Below are positions 52,495 through 63,940 of a DNA stretch of 64,000 bases, piece after piece. Each line of letters starts with the position of its first letter. The first letter of the stretch is position 1. The DNA lies in assembly GCA_963710605.1 (NCBI GenBank), contig CAVQBA010000004.1, forward strand, positions 96,001-160,000, read 5' to 3'. Both the position numbers and the translations under genes were made by a program. This stretch comes from an uncultured cyanobacterium. Lineage in GTDB: Bacteria; Cyanobacteriota; Cyanobacteriia; Cyanobacteriales; Cyanobacteriaceae. The notes under the pieces are model-generated. The model was not told the origin of the DNA and did no database searches. It was given only the letters and a program-made list of their open reading frames with translations.

Positions 52495-52804
52495 CGATAA
52501 TATCAATTGTGCTATCAACAAGATTATCTCTAATTTTTAGTTAACCATCAATGTATTATCAACTCTTTATTAATAAAACATTGGTGGTTACTCAGGTTTT
52601 AATTACAATACTACTTATTCCAATAGTAGAAGTGCTTTTGTTGGGAACAACTTCACCGCTTTTTTTGAGGTGGAGTATTTAGACAAAAAGTCCATTTTTA
52701 TAACTGACTCAACAGTCATCTAGCCCTTCGCAGTTAATTGATAGATTGTATTTTTTTAAATAGTTGGTACTATTTATCGCTTATTGACGATGGATTTTTC
52801 ACTG

Positions 52805-53746
52805 TTAAGGGTGTGTAATTTGTTCTAATCGATCGATTTCGTCTTGAGTTAATCGCCATCCTAAAGCACCTGCATTTTCTTTTACCTGACGAGCATTTTT
52901 TGCCCCTGGGATAGGAATGACATTGTTTTGGCAAATTAACCAATTTAAGGCAACTTGAGCAGGAGTTTTTTGATAATTTTCGCCGATAGTAGTTAATAAA
53001 TTAATTACAGGAGTAATTTTATTTAAACCTTTATCTTTAAAACGTGAATCTAATTTTCTTGCCCCTTCTGGAGAAAGTTGGTCACTATTATTATATTTCC
53101 CTGTTAGTAATCCTTGGGCTAACGGGCTATAAGCGAGTAAAGTTACTCCTAGTTTTTTCGCCATTTGGGTAATACCCTTATTTTCAATTTTTCTGGTAAG
53201 TAAAGAATATTTAACTTGATTTACCGCTAAAGGTATATTTTTTTTCGCCAATATCTCCGAGGCTTTTTTCATATCTTCTGCTGAATAATTACTCACCCCA
53301 ATCGCTCCTATTCTACCTTTAATAACTTCCTCAGCGAGGGCATTCATTAAAGTTTCTTGACTCATCAGCATAAACGGCCAATGAACTTGATATAAAGGAA
53401 TATGATCAACTTGTAGTCTATTTAAACTTTGGGTAATGGCATCACTAACTGATTGCTTTTGTAAACGCCAAGGAAGAGGTGCAAATTTAGTCGCAATGGT
53501 AATTGGTTCATTTTTTTCGGCTTTGAATTGCCCAATCAATTTTTCTGATTCTCCATTACCGTAAACTTCGGCGGTATCAAACAAAGTTATTCCTGCTTCT
53601 ACTGCGGTATCAAAGGCTGTTTTAACGTCATTACGATCGTAATCTTTACCATAACTCCAAAAAAACGAATCTCCCCATGCCCACGTGCCGATTCCTAATG
53701 GCGGTACTTCGATCGCTGTTTTACCTAAACTAATTGTATCTGTCAT
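52805..53746 (-). CDS. Aldo/keto reductase
   Basis: LGIGTWAWG, FDTAEVYG, ATKF, LYQVHWP, IGVSNY, AYSPLAQGLLTGKY and IPIPGAK motifs. Confidence 0.93.
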   Translation of the reverse strand: MTDTISLGKTAIEVPPLGIGTWAWGDSFFWSYGKDYDRNDVKTAFDTAVEAGITLFDTAEVYGNGESEKLIGQFKAEKNEPITIATKFAPLPWRLQKQSVSDAITQSLNRLQVDHIPLYQVHWPFMLMSQETLMNALAEEVIKGRIGAIGVSNYSAEDMKKASEILAKKNIPLAVNQVKYSLLTRKIENKGITQMAKKLGVTLLAYSPLAQGLLTGKYNNSDQLSPEGARKLDSRFKDKGLNKITPVINLLTTIGENYQKTPAQVALNWLICQNNVIPIPGAKNARQVKENAGALGWRLTQDEIDRLEQITHP

Positions 53747-54314
53747 TATTCAACTTCTTTATAATTACTTGTTTCTTCTATTATGAACTTTTGTAACTAA
53801 ACTCTGCTGATAATATTTATTGACTAACAAACTAGCTCATTGAAATAAAAACTGACCAAAAAAGTTAATCAAATTCTAGCTCTGTTTATTGAAGAATATG
53901 TAGTATCAATCACAAATAATTTGTTTGTTGTCAATATTTAGGTACTTGAGATTGATAAAATAAACAGACTGCTCAATGATAAAATATGAAGAAAATATTA
54001 AGTTGTGTACGTTACCATAAAATTTGGTTTGCTACATAGTTGCGTAATTAAAAAAGAGGAAAACAAATAAGTAAATATCAGGTAAAATAATTTGTGTTTG
54101 CTGATTTAAAAATTTTTTTCAATCTATTATAATTAATAAAAATAATTTGAGGTTATCAATTTTAATTTATAAATAGGGTTGAAATTACTCATGACAATTT
54201 AATTGTCAAAATAAATGGTGATGGTATTCACCTTAATAAATTATCAACAAAAAGTAAAATAAATCTAAGAGATTATTTGAGCTTTATCTAGAGTTCCTTA
54301 AAACAAAAAAATTA

Positions 54315-56474
54315 ATGAATAAAAAAACTACTTTGCTAGCAATTCCTACTATTTTAATAGTTATTATCGGTGTAGTTGGGGCAACTGTTTTAAGTCCTAA
54401 ATTAATGACGATTTTAGAAGAAACTTTAGTACCAATACAAACTAAAAAGCCCGAATACAGATTAGATGCACCTTCGGAAGTTTTACCTTTAGCTGATGTC
54501 TCCCCTCAACAAAGAAGAGCTAAACTAGAGACGATCGCTAATCAAGAAGAATCTAGTTTAGATCAAGCACGTGCTAAATATTTACTTGGTTCAGATCTTT
54601 TAAGAGAAGAATTTGATGGTGCAAAAGCTTTAGATTATCTTAAACACTTAGACAAACAATATCCGATTCTCGCTCCATACGTATTGCTAAGAGAAGGTAG
54701 AGCATATGAATTGAATAATAACATTGAAAAAGCAAAAGAAGTATGGCAACAGTTAATCTCAGAACACCCTGATTCTTTAGTTACAGTTGATGCTTATTAT
54801 AAGTTAGGTACATATGATGACAAATATTGGGCAGAAGCGATCGATCGTTTTCCTCAACATCCTCGTAGTCAAAGTATGGCACGTGCATTACTAGAAAAAG
54901 ATCCTAACCAAAAAAGTTTGCTTTTATTATTGGCAAAATATGATTTATCTGCTGAAACTAAACCAATATTAGATCGATTAATCAGTGACTATAAAGATCA
55001 ATTACAACCAGAAGAATGGGATAGTATTGCTAACAATTATTGGCAAAATGGTTATTACGCTCAAGCCGCTACAGCTTACGAAAGAGGCACTTCTAATCCA
55101 GAAAATTTGTATCGTTTAGCCAGAAGTTTTCAAGTTGCTAAAGCCCCAACTAAAGCCAAAGCAGGTTTCCTTAATCTAGAAAAAACTTATCCTGAAGCGA
55201 CACAAACAGGATTAGCATTAAGAAGACTAGCGAATTTATCTACAGGTGACGAAGCCTTAGTTTATTTGAATAAAGTTGATGACAAATATCCAACTGATGC
55301 ACCCGAAGCACAACGGGAGAAAATCAAGTTATTGACTAATTTAGGTCGATATAACGAAGCTAATGAAGCTCAAAATTTACTTCTACAAAAATATACAGAC
55401 AGTGATGAAGCCGCAGATTATCGCTGGGATGTTGCGAGTAAACACGCCAATGTCGGAAATTATGTAGCGGCATGGCAATGGGCAGGAGAAATTACCACGA
55501 ATAATCCTGATAGTAGCGTTGCCCCCAAAGCTGGTTTTTGGGTTGGTAAATGGGCAGAAAAAATGGGGCAACCTGAAGAAGCGAAGAATTTTTATCAATT
55601 TGTTTTAAATAATCATCCTCATTCTTATTATGCGTGGCGATCGGCTGTTAGACTTGGTAAAGATGTTGGTGATTTTGGTAGTTTACGTAATTTAGACTTA
55701 AAAGTAGAAACTCCTATAAATCGTCCGATTCCTCCTGCTGGCTCAAATACATTTAAAGAGTTGTTTTTGTTAGGGGAAGATACAGATGCGATCGATCTTT
55801 TTGCGGCTGAAGTGTCAAACAAAGAAAATCCCAGCGTATCAGAGCAATTTACCCAAGGATTGTTAAAACAAACTCAAGGAAAATATCTACAAAGTATTAA
55901 TTTGATTTGGAGTTTGAGTAAAAGAAATTCCCCAGAAGATTTAAGAGAATGGCAAATTTTAAGAGAAAGTCCAGAATATTGGTATGCCTTGTTTCCTTTT
56001 CCTTATAAGGATGAAGTAGTTGAATGGTCAGAAAAAAGAAACCTCAATCCTTTTTTAGTTATCTCTTTAATGCGTCAAGAATCAAGATTTCAAAAAGAAA
56101 TTAAATCTCCTGTCGGAGCAACAGGTTTAATGCAAGTAATGCCCGATACAGGAAAATGGATTGCACCCCAAATTGATTTGGAAGAATATTCTCTGACTAA
56201 TCCTGATGATAGTATCAATTTAGGTACATGGTATTTAGACTATACTCATGAAACCTATAATGGTAACTCGATGTTAGCGATCGCTAGTTATAATGCGGGG
56301 CCTGGTAATGTGAGTAACTGGCTTGACAGGTATAGTCTTAATGATGTCGATGAATTTGTCGCTAATATTCCTTTTAATGAAACCAAAAATTATGTTGAAA
56401 CTGTTTTCGCTAATTACTGGAATTATGTACTTTTATACAGTCCTGAAATCAAAGATGAAACAACTCAAGAGTAA
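54315..56474 (+). CDS. slt: Soluble lytic transglycosylase (TPR + SLT domain)
   Basis: N-terminal anchor, TPR-like helices, MRQESRF, GATGLMQVMP, ASYNAGPG and IPFNETKNYV motifs. Confidence 0.9.
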   Translation: MNKKTTLLAIPTILIVIIGVVGATVLSPKLMTILEETLVPIQTKKPEYRLDAPSEVLPLADVSPQQRRAKLETIANQEESSLDQARAKYLLGSDLLREEFDGAKALDYLKHLDKQYPILAPYVLLREGRAYELNNNIEKAKEVWQQLISEHPDSLVTVDAYYKLGTYDDKYWAEAIDRFPQHPRSQSMARALLEKDPNQKSLLLLLAKYDLSAETKPILDRLISDYKDQLQPEEWDSIANNYWQNGYYAQAATAYERGTSNPENLYRLARSFQVAKAPTKAKAGFLNLEKTYPEATQTGLALRRLANLSTGDEALVYLNKVDDKYPTDAPEAQREKIKLLTNLGRYNEANEAQNLLLQKYTDSDEAADYRWDVASKHANVGNYVAAWQWAGEITTNNPDSSVAPKAGFWVGKWAEKMGQPEEAKNFYQFVLNNHPHSYYAWRSAVRLGKDVGDFGSLRNLDLKVETPINRPIPPAGSNTFKELFLLGEDTDAIDLFAAEVSNKENPSVSEQFTQGLLKQTQGKYLQSINLIWSLSKRNSPEDLREWQILRESPEYWYALFPFPYKDEVVEWSEKRNLNPFLVISLMRQESRFQKEIKSPVGATGLMQVMPDTGKWIAPQIDLEEYSLTNPDDSINLGTWYLDYTHETYNGNSMLAIASYNAGPGNVSNWLDRYSLNDVDEFVANIPFNETKNYVETVFANYWNYVLLYSPEIKDETTQE

Positions 56475-56480
56475 ATTTAG

Positions 56481-56522
56481 AAAAATAATGAGTTACGCAG
56501 ATAACGTACTCATAATTTTTTA
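56481..56522. terminator. Bidirectional terminator-like hairpin between convergent genes
   Basis: AAAATAATGAGTTACG-CAGATAA-CGTACTCATAATTTT. Confidence 0.55.
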
Positions 56523-56554
56523 TTTTTTTTAAATTGTTAGTCTTACTTAAAACG

Positions 56555-57316
56555 CTATGATTTTTTAGCTGATTTTTTTTTGAAATAGCCACCCAAACCA
56601 AAAGCAAGTAAACTACCTCCGATTGTTAATGGTTCGGGAACAGGTTCATAACTAATATCGCCTATACCAATCCCGTGACTACTTGGATTTTCTCTTACTA
56701 AAGCAGGGTCTTGGCTAAACACCAATTCAAAACTATCAATAGGACTAGCAAAACTAACATCTATGTTTCCATCATCACTATCATTACCTACGTTTTGAAC
56801 TCCATTGAGACTATCACCAACTTGAACTACACTACCAGATGTGAATCCTTGTCCACTATAGTTTGCAGTTAATGGATTCCCATTAAGAAAACCCGTAACA
56901 GTTATTAAGTCATTCCAACTGTTACTAGTTGAAGCACTACTTCCTGAAATGTCAATATCATAAATTCTAAAAGAAACATTTTGAACAGGAACGCCATAAT
57001 TAAAAGCGGTAGTCATGGTGACAGAATCGTTCTCATTGCCTGGATCGTACTGGAGGCGAAGAGTTTCGTTAGTGGCTGAACTTCCATTAAGCACAATAGT
57101 GTCATCAGGTGTACCTGCGACAAATGTTCCACCATTAAAACTATAACTAAAATCAACGCTTCCATCACCTACATTGAAACTTTCGTTTAAGCTTCCAGTT
57201 GTGTAGTCAACCGAATCCCAGTCTAAAGTTAAACCAGCGGCTCTGACAGCCCCTGGTACTAAAACAGATGTTGATACAGCCGTCAGTACGGCTAAAAGGC
57301 ATTTAGTTTTCTTCAT
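56555..57316 (-). CDS. PEP-CTERM exosortase-sorted surface protein
   Basis: Signal peptide, then C-terminal VPEPLTIGGSLLAFGLGGYFKKK. Confidence 0.93.
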   Translation of the reverse strand: MKKTKCLLAVLTAVSTSVLVPGAVRAAGLTLDWDSVDYTTGSLNESFNVGDGSVDFSYSFNGGTFVAGTPDDTIVLNGSSATNETLRLQYDPGNENDSVTMTTAFNYGVPVQNVSFRIYDIDISGSSASTSNSWNDLITVTGFLNGNPLTANYSGQGFTSGSVVQVGDSLNGVQNVGNDSDDGNIDVSFASPIDSFELVFSQDPALVRENPSSHGIGIGDISYEPVPEPLTIGGSLLAFGLGGYFKKKSAKKS

Positions 57317-57556
57317 AGTAGTTTTCCTCTTTGTTTTCTCTTTAAAATATTTTTTTTAATTGTACTCTATTAGTAATTAGAACACAATATTGATGGTCAT
57401 GAATTATTGATTTTTAAACCGTTTATAAATTGGTCAATAATCCGCAATCAATATTTTTTGAAGAGAGTTTCTACCCATGTGTAGTCCAAAAGGCAAAAGG
57501 CAAAGAGAGTGAAAGTGCCAAGAGTGAACACAGAAGAGAGAAGAGTTAAAAGAGGC

Positions 57557-57648
57557 AATTATTAATTATTAATTATTAATTATTAATTCTTAATTATTAA
57601 TTCTTAATTCTTATTCATCCTTCATCCTTCATCTCTCATCCCTCATCC
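57557..57648. repeat. STRR heptamer repeats (AATT[A/C]TT)n and (TCATCCT-like)n
   Basis: Direct reading. Confidence 0.8.
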
Positions 57649-59085
57649 TTATCCTGCACCAAATACTTGAATATCTTTGAAAGCACAGACAGGAGAAGCG
57701 TGTCCCACTTTAATAGCTTGATTAGGTTCACCTTTACCACAACAAGGTGTACCATAACATTCACGAGTGGAATCGTCACCGACGGCAAACAAACTATGCC
57801 AAAAAGGACGAGTTACGCCTCGGTAATTGGGATTACGTAGTGTTTTAGTTAATTTACCATTTTCAATCAAACGAGCATATTCACAACCAAACTGGAATTT
57901 ATTACGGTAGTCATCGATCGACCACGATCGATTAGCCTGCATATAAACACCATGCTCAATATTACTAATAATCTGCTCAAAGCTACTATCTCCTGATTCT
58001 AAGTTTAAATTAGCCATCCGATCGATCGGCGGACGATTCCAAGAAGAAGAGCGAAAATTAGCAACGCCGTCTATTTTTGCCCTTGCCTGACTTTCCGCAC
58101 TACCTAAACCTCTAACTAAAATACCATCTTTAATTAAATATTCTTTTTCGGCTTTTACCCCAGCATCATCATAACCATAACTTGCTAGTTCTCCTTCTAC
58201 GGTAGGATCGAAAGTAATATTCATTATCTTTGAGCCATAAGCCAAATTACCAAAATCGCTTAAGTTTACAAAACTACTACCTGCATAGTTACGCTCATCA
58301 CCTAAAATACGATCGATTTCTAACGGATGCCCAATACTTTCATGAATTTGTAACATCATTTGATCGGGAGCAAGGACAAGATTAGTTGTCATCTCAGGGC
58401 ATTCTTGGGCAGACAATAACTCTAATGCTTCCTCACCAATTTGAATCGATCGATTTAACGTCGTTTCAGGATCAATAAATTCTTTTCCACCTTGATAATA
58501 TCTAGCTACCATGCCATTGTCAGTCCGCTTTTGCACTACATTACCATCAGAAGCCGTAGCGGAGTAATCTGTAGCTACTAAAGAGAAAAACTGTTCTATA
58601 TCTGCTCCATTACTACTCACAAAACGATGACGAATATCACTAATTTGAGCCATCGCACTCGTTCTAATAATTTTATCGTTGACTTTTAAATTACGACAAA
58701 TTTGCATCAGTAAATCATTTAAATCTAAGGCGGTTAATAACTGTGTCGATTCACCTACAAGAGATTGATATTTACCAGTGGTGGCAGGACGAATTTGGGT
58801 ATCAAAACGATATACTCCCCATTTACTCGCTTTTTGAGCTTGCTGATAAGCAATATCAACTGCTTGTTGAATACTCGGTTGATTAAGCTGATTGGTGGCA
58901 CAGTAGCCTATTTGTCCATTTACCATCACTTCTACCATCACTCCATCAGTTATCGATCGATGATTACGTTGAGGATTACTATCTCTAAACATTCTTGTCG
59001 TTGTCGTTTGACTGACTTGTCTTAATCCAATCCAATCAGCTTTACTATCTAGGTTTTGCAAGGTTTTTGCTAAATCGAATTTCAT
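57649..59085 (-). CDS. tldD: TldD/PmbA family metalloprotease (TldD type)
   Basis: IHESIGHPLE.DRILG.E, PIDRMANL, SWSIDD.R..FQF and CGKGEP.Q motifs. ATG at 59085 preferred over GTG at 59109. Confidence 0.88.
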   Translation of the reverse strand: MKFDLAKTLQNLDSKADWIGLRQVSQTTTTRMFRDSNPQRNHRSITDGVMVEVMVNGQIGYCATNQLNQPSIQQAVDIAYQQAQKASKWGVYRFDTQIRPATTGKYQSLVGESTQLLTALDLNDLLMQICRNLKVNDKIIRTSAMAQISDIRHRFVSSNGADIEQFFSLVATDYSATASDGNVVQKRTDNGMVARYYQGGKEFIDPETTLNRSIQIGEEALELLSAQECPEMTTNLVLAPDQMMLQIHESIGHPLEIDRILGDERNYAGSSFVNLSDFGNLAYGSKIMNITFDPTVEGELASYGYDDAGVKAEKEYLIKDGILVRGLGSAESQARAKIDGVANFRSSSWNRPPIDRMANLNLESGDSSFEQIISNIEHGVYMQANRSWSIDDYRNKFQFGCEYARLIENGKLTKTLRNPNYRGVTRPFWHSLFAVGDDSTRECYGTPCCGKGEPNQAIKVGHASPVCAFKDIQVFGAG

Positions 59086-59325
59086 TTTAAGCTCTAGTTT
59101 ATTTCTCACTATCGGTTATTTTATCCGTCTTCAAAGTATTGATTGTGTCGTCTTAATTACAATAAAACATTGTTTAACTTGTAATCATCAGTTTTGGTCA
59201 GTTTAGTTTAACATTCTCTTAAATGGAGTTGCTCACTAGTAACGCAACATTAATAATTATTCATTATTCATTACCTAATATATATTTTAGAATTGAAGTA
59301 AATACATTAAAAATCATCATCTCTT

Positions 59326-59421
59326 ATGACTAACGATCAATTCATCATGTTAATTGTTTTATTAATACCCGGACTATTACTTTCATTTTTAGTCATGATT
59401 TCCTTTGCTAAAGGAGGATAA
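59326..59421 (+). CDS. Candidate 31-aa single-pass membrane microprotein
   Basis: MTNDQFIMLIVLLIPGLLLSFLVMISFAKGG, followed directly by an STRR. Confidence 0.6.
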   Translation: MTNDQFIMLIVLLIPGLLLSFLVMISFAKGG

Positions 59422-59423
59422 AG

Positions 59424-59458
59424 AATAGGGAATAGGGAATAGGGAATAGGGAATAGGG
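59424..59458. repeat. STRR (AATAGGG)x5
   Basis: Direct reading. Confidence 0.9.
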
Positions 59459-60278
59459 ATGAAAAATTATTAATTATCTCTTACTTTAACTATTTTTTGA
59501 ATTAAAACACGATTAATCGATCGACAACTATTAATTACAAACCGATCGATTAGTTTTTTAAAGGTTAGTTTAACTTTGTTTTCTTGTCTATGTATTTTTA
59601 CTGATTTTTTTTCTTTACTTAAATTATTCGTGAGAAATACGAGCGTGACAAATTTAAATCTAATTCGCTTTTTTTTAATTAGGTTAGTTTTCTTTTGTCA
59701 GGTTTTTACATCTAGTTAGCAACAGATACTTAAGTATTTAATAAATCAAAAAATATCCCAAATCAAACTTAACAAATACTCAAATCTTTATTTTTTGTGC
59801 TGACAAGTTAGATTATATCTACTTTTTTTTGGTTTGATTGCTATAAAAATATAAGTTTTTTTTAATTGTTGTTAATTAATCAAATTAGCTTATTTTTGAG
59901 CTTAAGTGTTAATACTTAAATAAATAAAACTATTTTATTGCTTTTTCTATTAAATAAAAATTATTATTTTTTCTCACTTTTAATGTTTGTATTTCTTTGA
60001 ACTTTAATTTAGTAATATTAAGTAAATAAAAATATTAAGAAATGTATCTAGTACAAATCATCTTCACAAAAAATACACAATTATACTTAATACTAATTAA
60101 TAGTAAAAATGGTATAATTACAATCTATTAAATAAAAAATAATAGATACTTTGGTTTTCCATTATTGTCGGGTGATGTGTTCGTTTTTACCAAATTAAGA
60201 CTCAGATGAAGAAAAGTATTCAATTGAGTTATTAAAAGTTCTGTTTATTCTTGAAAATTAAAAAATTATTTTTAAAAA

Positions 60279-60641
60279 ATGAAAAAAATATTAGTTGTAG
60301 ATGACATGAAAAGCGAATTAGATCTTTTAAATGAATATCTAACTCAAAGTGGCTTTGATGTAGTGACAGCAAATAATGGTAAAGAAGCATTGGAAAAAGC
60401 AAGTAATAATCAGTTTGATCTAATTGTCACTGACTGGATGATGCCCCAGATGGGAGGGTTAGATCTTTGTCGTCAATTAAGAAAAAAACCCGAAACAGCC
60501 AATATTCCTGTGATAGCCTGTACTGCTAAAGATAAAGATGTGGATAAAATGTGGGCAAAAAAACAAGGTGTAAAAAAATATTTAGTTAAGCCTTGTACTA
60601 AAGAAGAATTAATTAGTACTGTCAAAGAAGTTATCGGCTAA
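60279..60641 (+). CDS. CheY/PilH-like single-domain response regulator
   Basis: ILVVDD, TDWMMPQMGG, CTAK and YLVKP motifs. Confidence 0.93.
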   Translation: MKKILVVDDMKSELDLLNEYLTQSGFDVVTANNGKEALEKASNNQFDLIVTDWMMPQMGGLDLCRQLRKKPETANIPVIACTAKDKDVDKMWAKKQGVKKYLVKPCTKEELISTVKEVIG

Positions 60642-60645
60642 AACA

Positions 60646-61185
60646 ATGTCAACAGATATTTCTAATTTCGATCGATTACAAGGACTTTTACCTGAATTAT
60701 TTCAATCAAATCAATCCACAGGAAAGTCTTATCTTCAAGCTCAATTAACTAACCAAACGCCAGTTTTACTCTCGATGGAATCAGTTCAAGAATCTTTGTT
60801 AGTCAAGGATAGAGAAATTACTTTGATTCCTAATATGCCGACTTATTTTTTGGGTTTAATCAACTCGCGCGATCGAGTTTTTGGTTTAATCGATTTACCC
60901 AAATTGTTAGGTTTATCTAATCAAACTAGTACGAGACGAAGAGTTTATCATACGATCGTTATTCGAGTTAACGATATCTCAGTTTCTGAACAAGAATTAT
61001 TAGTCGGTTTTGTTTTTTTTGAAATACAAAGTATTACTCGTATTATACCTAGTCAACTGAATCTAGCTCAAGACAGACTATCCCAAGTTTTAAAGCCTTA
61101 CGTTCAATACTGCGTCCAAGAACAAGAAAATTTGATTCCTGTATTAGATATTAATGCAATTATCAACAATATTATCACTTCGTAA
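60646..61185 (+). CDS. CheW-like coupling protein
   Basis: ITLIPNMP..LGLINSRDRVFGLIDL motif and operon position. Confidence 0.9.
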   Translation: MSTDISNFDRLQGLLPELFQSNQSTGKSYLQAQLTNQTPVLLSMESVQESLLVKDREITLIPNMPTYFLGLINSRDRVFGLIDLPKLLGLSNQTSTRRRVYHTIVIRVNDISVSEQELLVGFVFFEIQSITRIIPSQLNLAQDRLSQVLKPYVQYCVQEQENLIPVLDINAIINNIITS

Positions 61186-61197
61186 AAGGTAAAGATT

Positions 61198-63699
61198 ATG
61201 ACTACTCAAAAACAAATTATTGATTCTTCATCTAGTATTTCTTCTCCATCAAATCAAGTATTAACTCCCAAAGTAGTTAACAACAATGTAGTGGTGGAAA
61301 CCAAACAAGTAAAAAAAAGAGGTTTAAATCTTAGAAATAAATTATTATTAACCATTTTACCGACAGTTTTAATTCCTCTAGGTATTGCTAGTGCGATCGG
61401 AATCACATTTGTCAAAAACGAAGCCGCCTTACAACAGCAAGAAGAACTTGAAAACGGTATTATCATCGCTAGTTCGGTTACTCAAAGATTCTTAGAAAAA
61501 GGAGCTCAACTTAATCAGTTATTAGCAAGGAACAATTTTATTATCCGAGAGTTACAAGTAGATACCCAAAAAGCCGAAGTAGAAGGATTAACTCGAAAAT
61601 CAATCCCCGAACTAGAAAAACAATTTAGCCGTACCAAATTACTCAATCCCGACACAGACATCAACAGCTATCTCAAGATTATTGCTGAAAGTAATCAATT
61701 AGCTGAGATTATCCTCACTGAAAGTAATGGTTTTAATGTCGGTTATAGCTCTCGTACTTCAGACTTTGTTCAAAGTGACGAGCAATGGTGGCAAATAGGT
61801 GCTGAAGAAGGAAAAAGTATTTTAGAGCCAAAAATTGATGAATCCACACAACAAGTAATCTTAGAGCTAGTTAATTCGATTAAAAATCCTGATACCGGTA
61901 AATTATTAGGCGTAACTAAAATTGGGGTTTCAGTCGATAGTCTCAAGCAAAACATACGAGAAGAGATAGTCGGATTTAAAGAATCTCAACAACTACAAAT
62001 TATTGATAGCCAGACTGCAAAAGTTTTGAGTACCGTAAATACAGAGGAACAAACACAGACAAATAACGAAATACAAATCGAAGAAATTGTAGGTGGTGAA
62101 ACAATCGGACAGGCTGCCAAAATTTTAAGTCAGAATGTTAATGCTCTTTCGACAAACAATTCCGAATCTTCAGTAACTATACCAGAAGAAATAATTACTG
62201 AAATAGAACAAAATATAAGTGCTTTAGAAGGAGTTTCTCAAGTCGAATTTGAAGCAGATGATAAAGAGACATTGGATCAAGCTTCACAAATTCGTAACAT
62301 ACTTCATTTTGAATACAATGATAAGTTTTTTGAGTTGAAAGTAGTTCCTAATACCACTTTAGTCATCTCCTCTTCTATTGATGTAGCCCAAGCCGCAACA
62401 GCAGGAAACAATCTAGCTAGAATTTTACAGATTTCAGGTGTTATTTTAGGACTTATCGCTATCGGTGTTATTTTTTGGTTAGCACAAAATCTATCTCAAC
62501 CCTTAGCTAAATTATCGTCTAAAGTTGAACAAGCAGGAACAGGAGATTTAGATGTTCAAGCAGATTTAGAAGGTACATCAGAAACGATTGTCTTAGGTGA
62601 TAACTTTAACAAACTAGTTACTCAACTTAAAGGTTCGATTGACGAACAAAAATTAATTGCCCAAACGCAAAAAGACGAAAAAGAACAATTAGAATTAGGA
62701 ATTTACCAGTTACTTGAAGAAATACAAGATGCGGCGGATGGAGATTTAACCGTTAGAGCAAGTTTAGATTCGATGGAAATGAGTACTGTTGCCGATTTAT
62801 TCAATGCGGTTATTGATAGTTTACAAGATATTGCAATTCAGGTAAAAGACTCTAGTAAACAAGTAACAACATCTTTGAACGAAAACGAAGTCTCGATTCA
62901 AATGTTAGCTAATCAAGCGATCGAAGAGGCACAAGACACCCGTGATACCTTAGAGGAAATTGAAAAAATGGGTATATCGATCGAACAAGTAGCCAATAAC
63001 GCAAATGAAGCGGCTAATTTGGTTAATTCTGCTTATCAAGAAACCCAAGAAGGTACTAACGTAATGGACGAAACTGTAAATAGTATTCTAAATTTACGAA
63101 CAACAGTCGGAGAAACCGCTAAAAAAATGAAACGATTAGGAGAATCATCTCAAAAGATTTCTCAAGTAGTCTCCTTAATCGAAGAAATTGCCTTAAAAAC
63201 CAACTTACTCGCTATTAACGCAAGTGTTGAAGCTAGTCGTGCAGGAGAACAAGGTCAAGGTTTTACCGTTGTAGCCGAACAAGTAGGGGCGTTAGCTTCT
63301 CAATCAGCAACTGCAACTAAAGAAATTGCCAAAATTGTTGCCGCCATTCAAGCAGAAACAAAAGAAGTGAGCCAAGCTATGGAATTAGGTACAACACAGG
63401 TAGTTGATAGTACCCATTTAGTAGAATCAACCAAACAAAGATTAGTACAAGTGTTAGAACGTTATGGTAGTATCAACGAATTAATGAAACAAATTTCTCA
63501 ATCGACAGTTTCTCAAACAGATACTTCTCAATTAGTTACTAACTTGATGCAATTAATTGCTGAAAAATCAGAACAACGATTACAAGATTCGGTGGCAATT
63601 GCTAAATCTATTCAATCAACAAACCAAGTTGCTCAAAAACTAGAATCAGCAGTTGAACAATTTGAAGTCGAAAAACAATTAACAAGTAATAATGCTTAA
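61198..63699 (+). CDS. Methyl-accepting chemotaxis protein (2 TM, Cache-like sensor, HAMP)
   Basis: TM helices, [18 protein letters not shown] and signalling domain [29 protein letters not shown]. Confidence 0.95.
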   Translation: MTTQKQIIDSSSSISSPSNQVLTPKVVNNNVVVETKQVKKRGLNLRNKLLLTILPTVLIPLGIASAIGITFVKNEAALQQQEELENGIIIASSVTQRFLEKGAQLNQLLARNNFIIRELQVDTQKAEVEGLTRKSIPELEKQFSRTKLLNPDTDINSYLKIIAESNQLAEIILTESNGFNVGYSSRTSDFVQSDEQWWQIGAEEGKSILEPKIDESTQQVILELVNSIKNPDTGKLLGVTKIGVSVDSLKQNIREEIVGFKESQQLQIIDSQTAKVLSTVNTEEQTQTNNEIQIEEIVGGETIGQAAKILSQNVNALSTNNSESSVTIPEEIITEIEQNISALEGVSQVEFEADDKETLDQASQIRNILHFEYNDKFFELKVVPNTTLVISSSIDVAQAATAGNNLARILQISGVILGLIAIGVIFWLAQNLSQPLAKLSSKVEQAGTGDLDVQADLEGTSETIVLGDNFNKLVTQLKGSIDEQKLIAQTQKDEKEQLELGIYQLLEEIQDAADGDLTVRASLDSMEMSTVADLFNAVIDSLQDIAIQVKDSSKQVTTSLNENEVSIQMLANQAIEEAQDTRDTLEEIEKMGISIEQVANNANEAANLVNSAYQETQEGTNVMDETVNSILNLRTTVGETAKKMKRLGESSQKISQVVSLIEEIALKTNLLAINASVEASRAGEQGQGFTVVAEQVGALASQSATATKEIAKIVAAIQAETKEVSQAMELGTTQVVDSTHLVESTKQRLVQVLERYGSINELMKQISQSTVSQTDTSQLVTNLMQLIAEKSEQRLQDSVAIAKSIQSTNQVAQKLESAVEQFEVEKQLTSNNA

Positions 63700-63854
63700 T
63701 TATTAATAAGTGATAAGTCACTAGTTTCTAATCATAAATAGTTAATCTAATCTTGTAATTTAATTTACTAATAAAAAATCAAAGTTTTAATCTCTGCTTC
63801 GATTTTTTATACTTAATTTTTACTCAATACTTGCTTAGCAAGGATTTATTTCGT

Positions 63855-63920
63855 CTTGGTGGACATCCCCGTTTTAGTCAGCCTTCGGTGTCTTACGCAT
63901 TACTAGCGGGCTTCTGTCCG
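63855..63920. other. GC-rich structured element between MCP and cheA (possible IS200/IS605-end remnant)
   Basis: GGACA..CCCG...CGGG..TGTCC stem in an AT-rich spacer. Minus strand reads AGAAGCCCGC...CGGGGATGTCCAC. Confidence 0.35.
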
Positions 63921-63940
63921 TAATTATCAATTCTAGAAAA

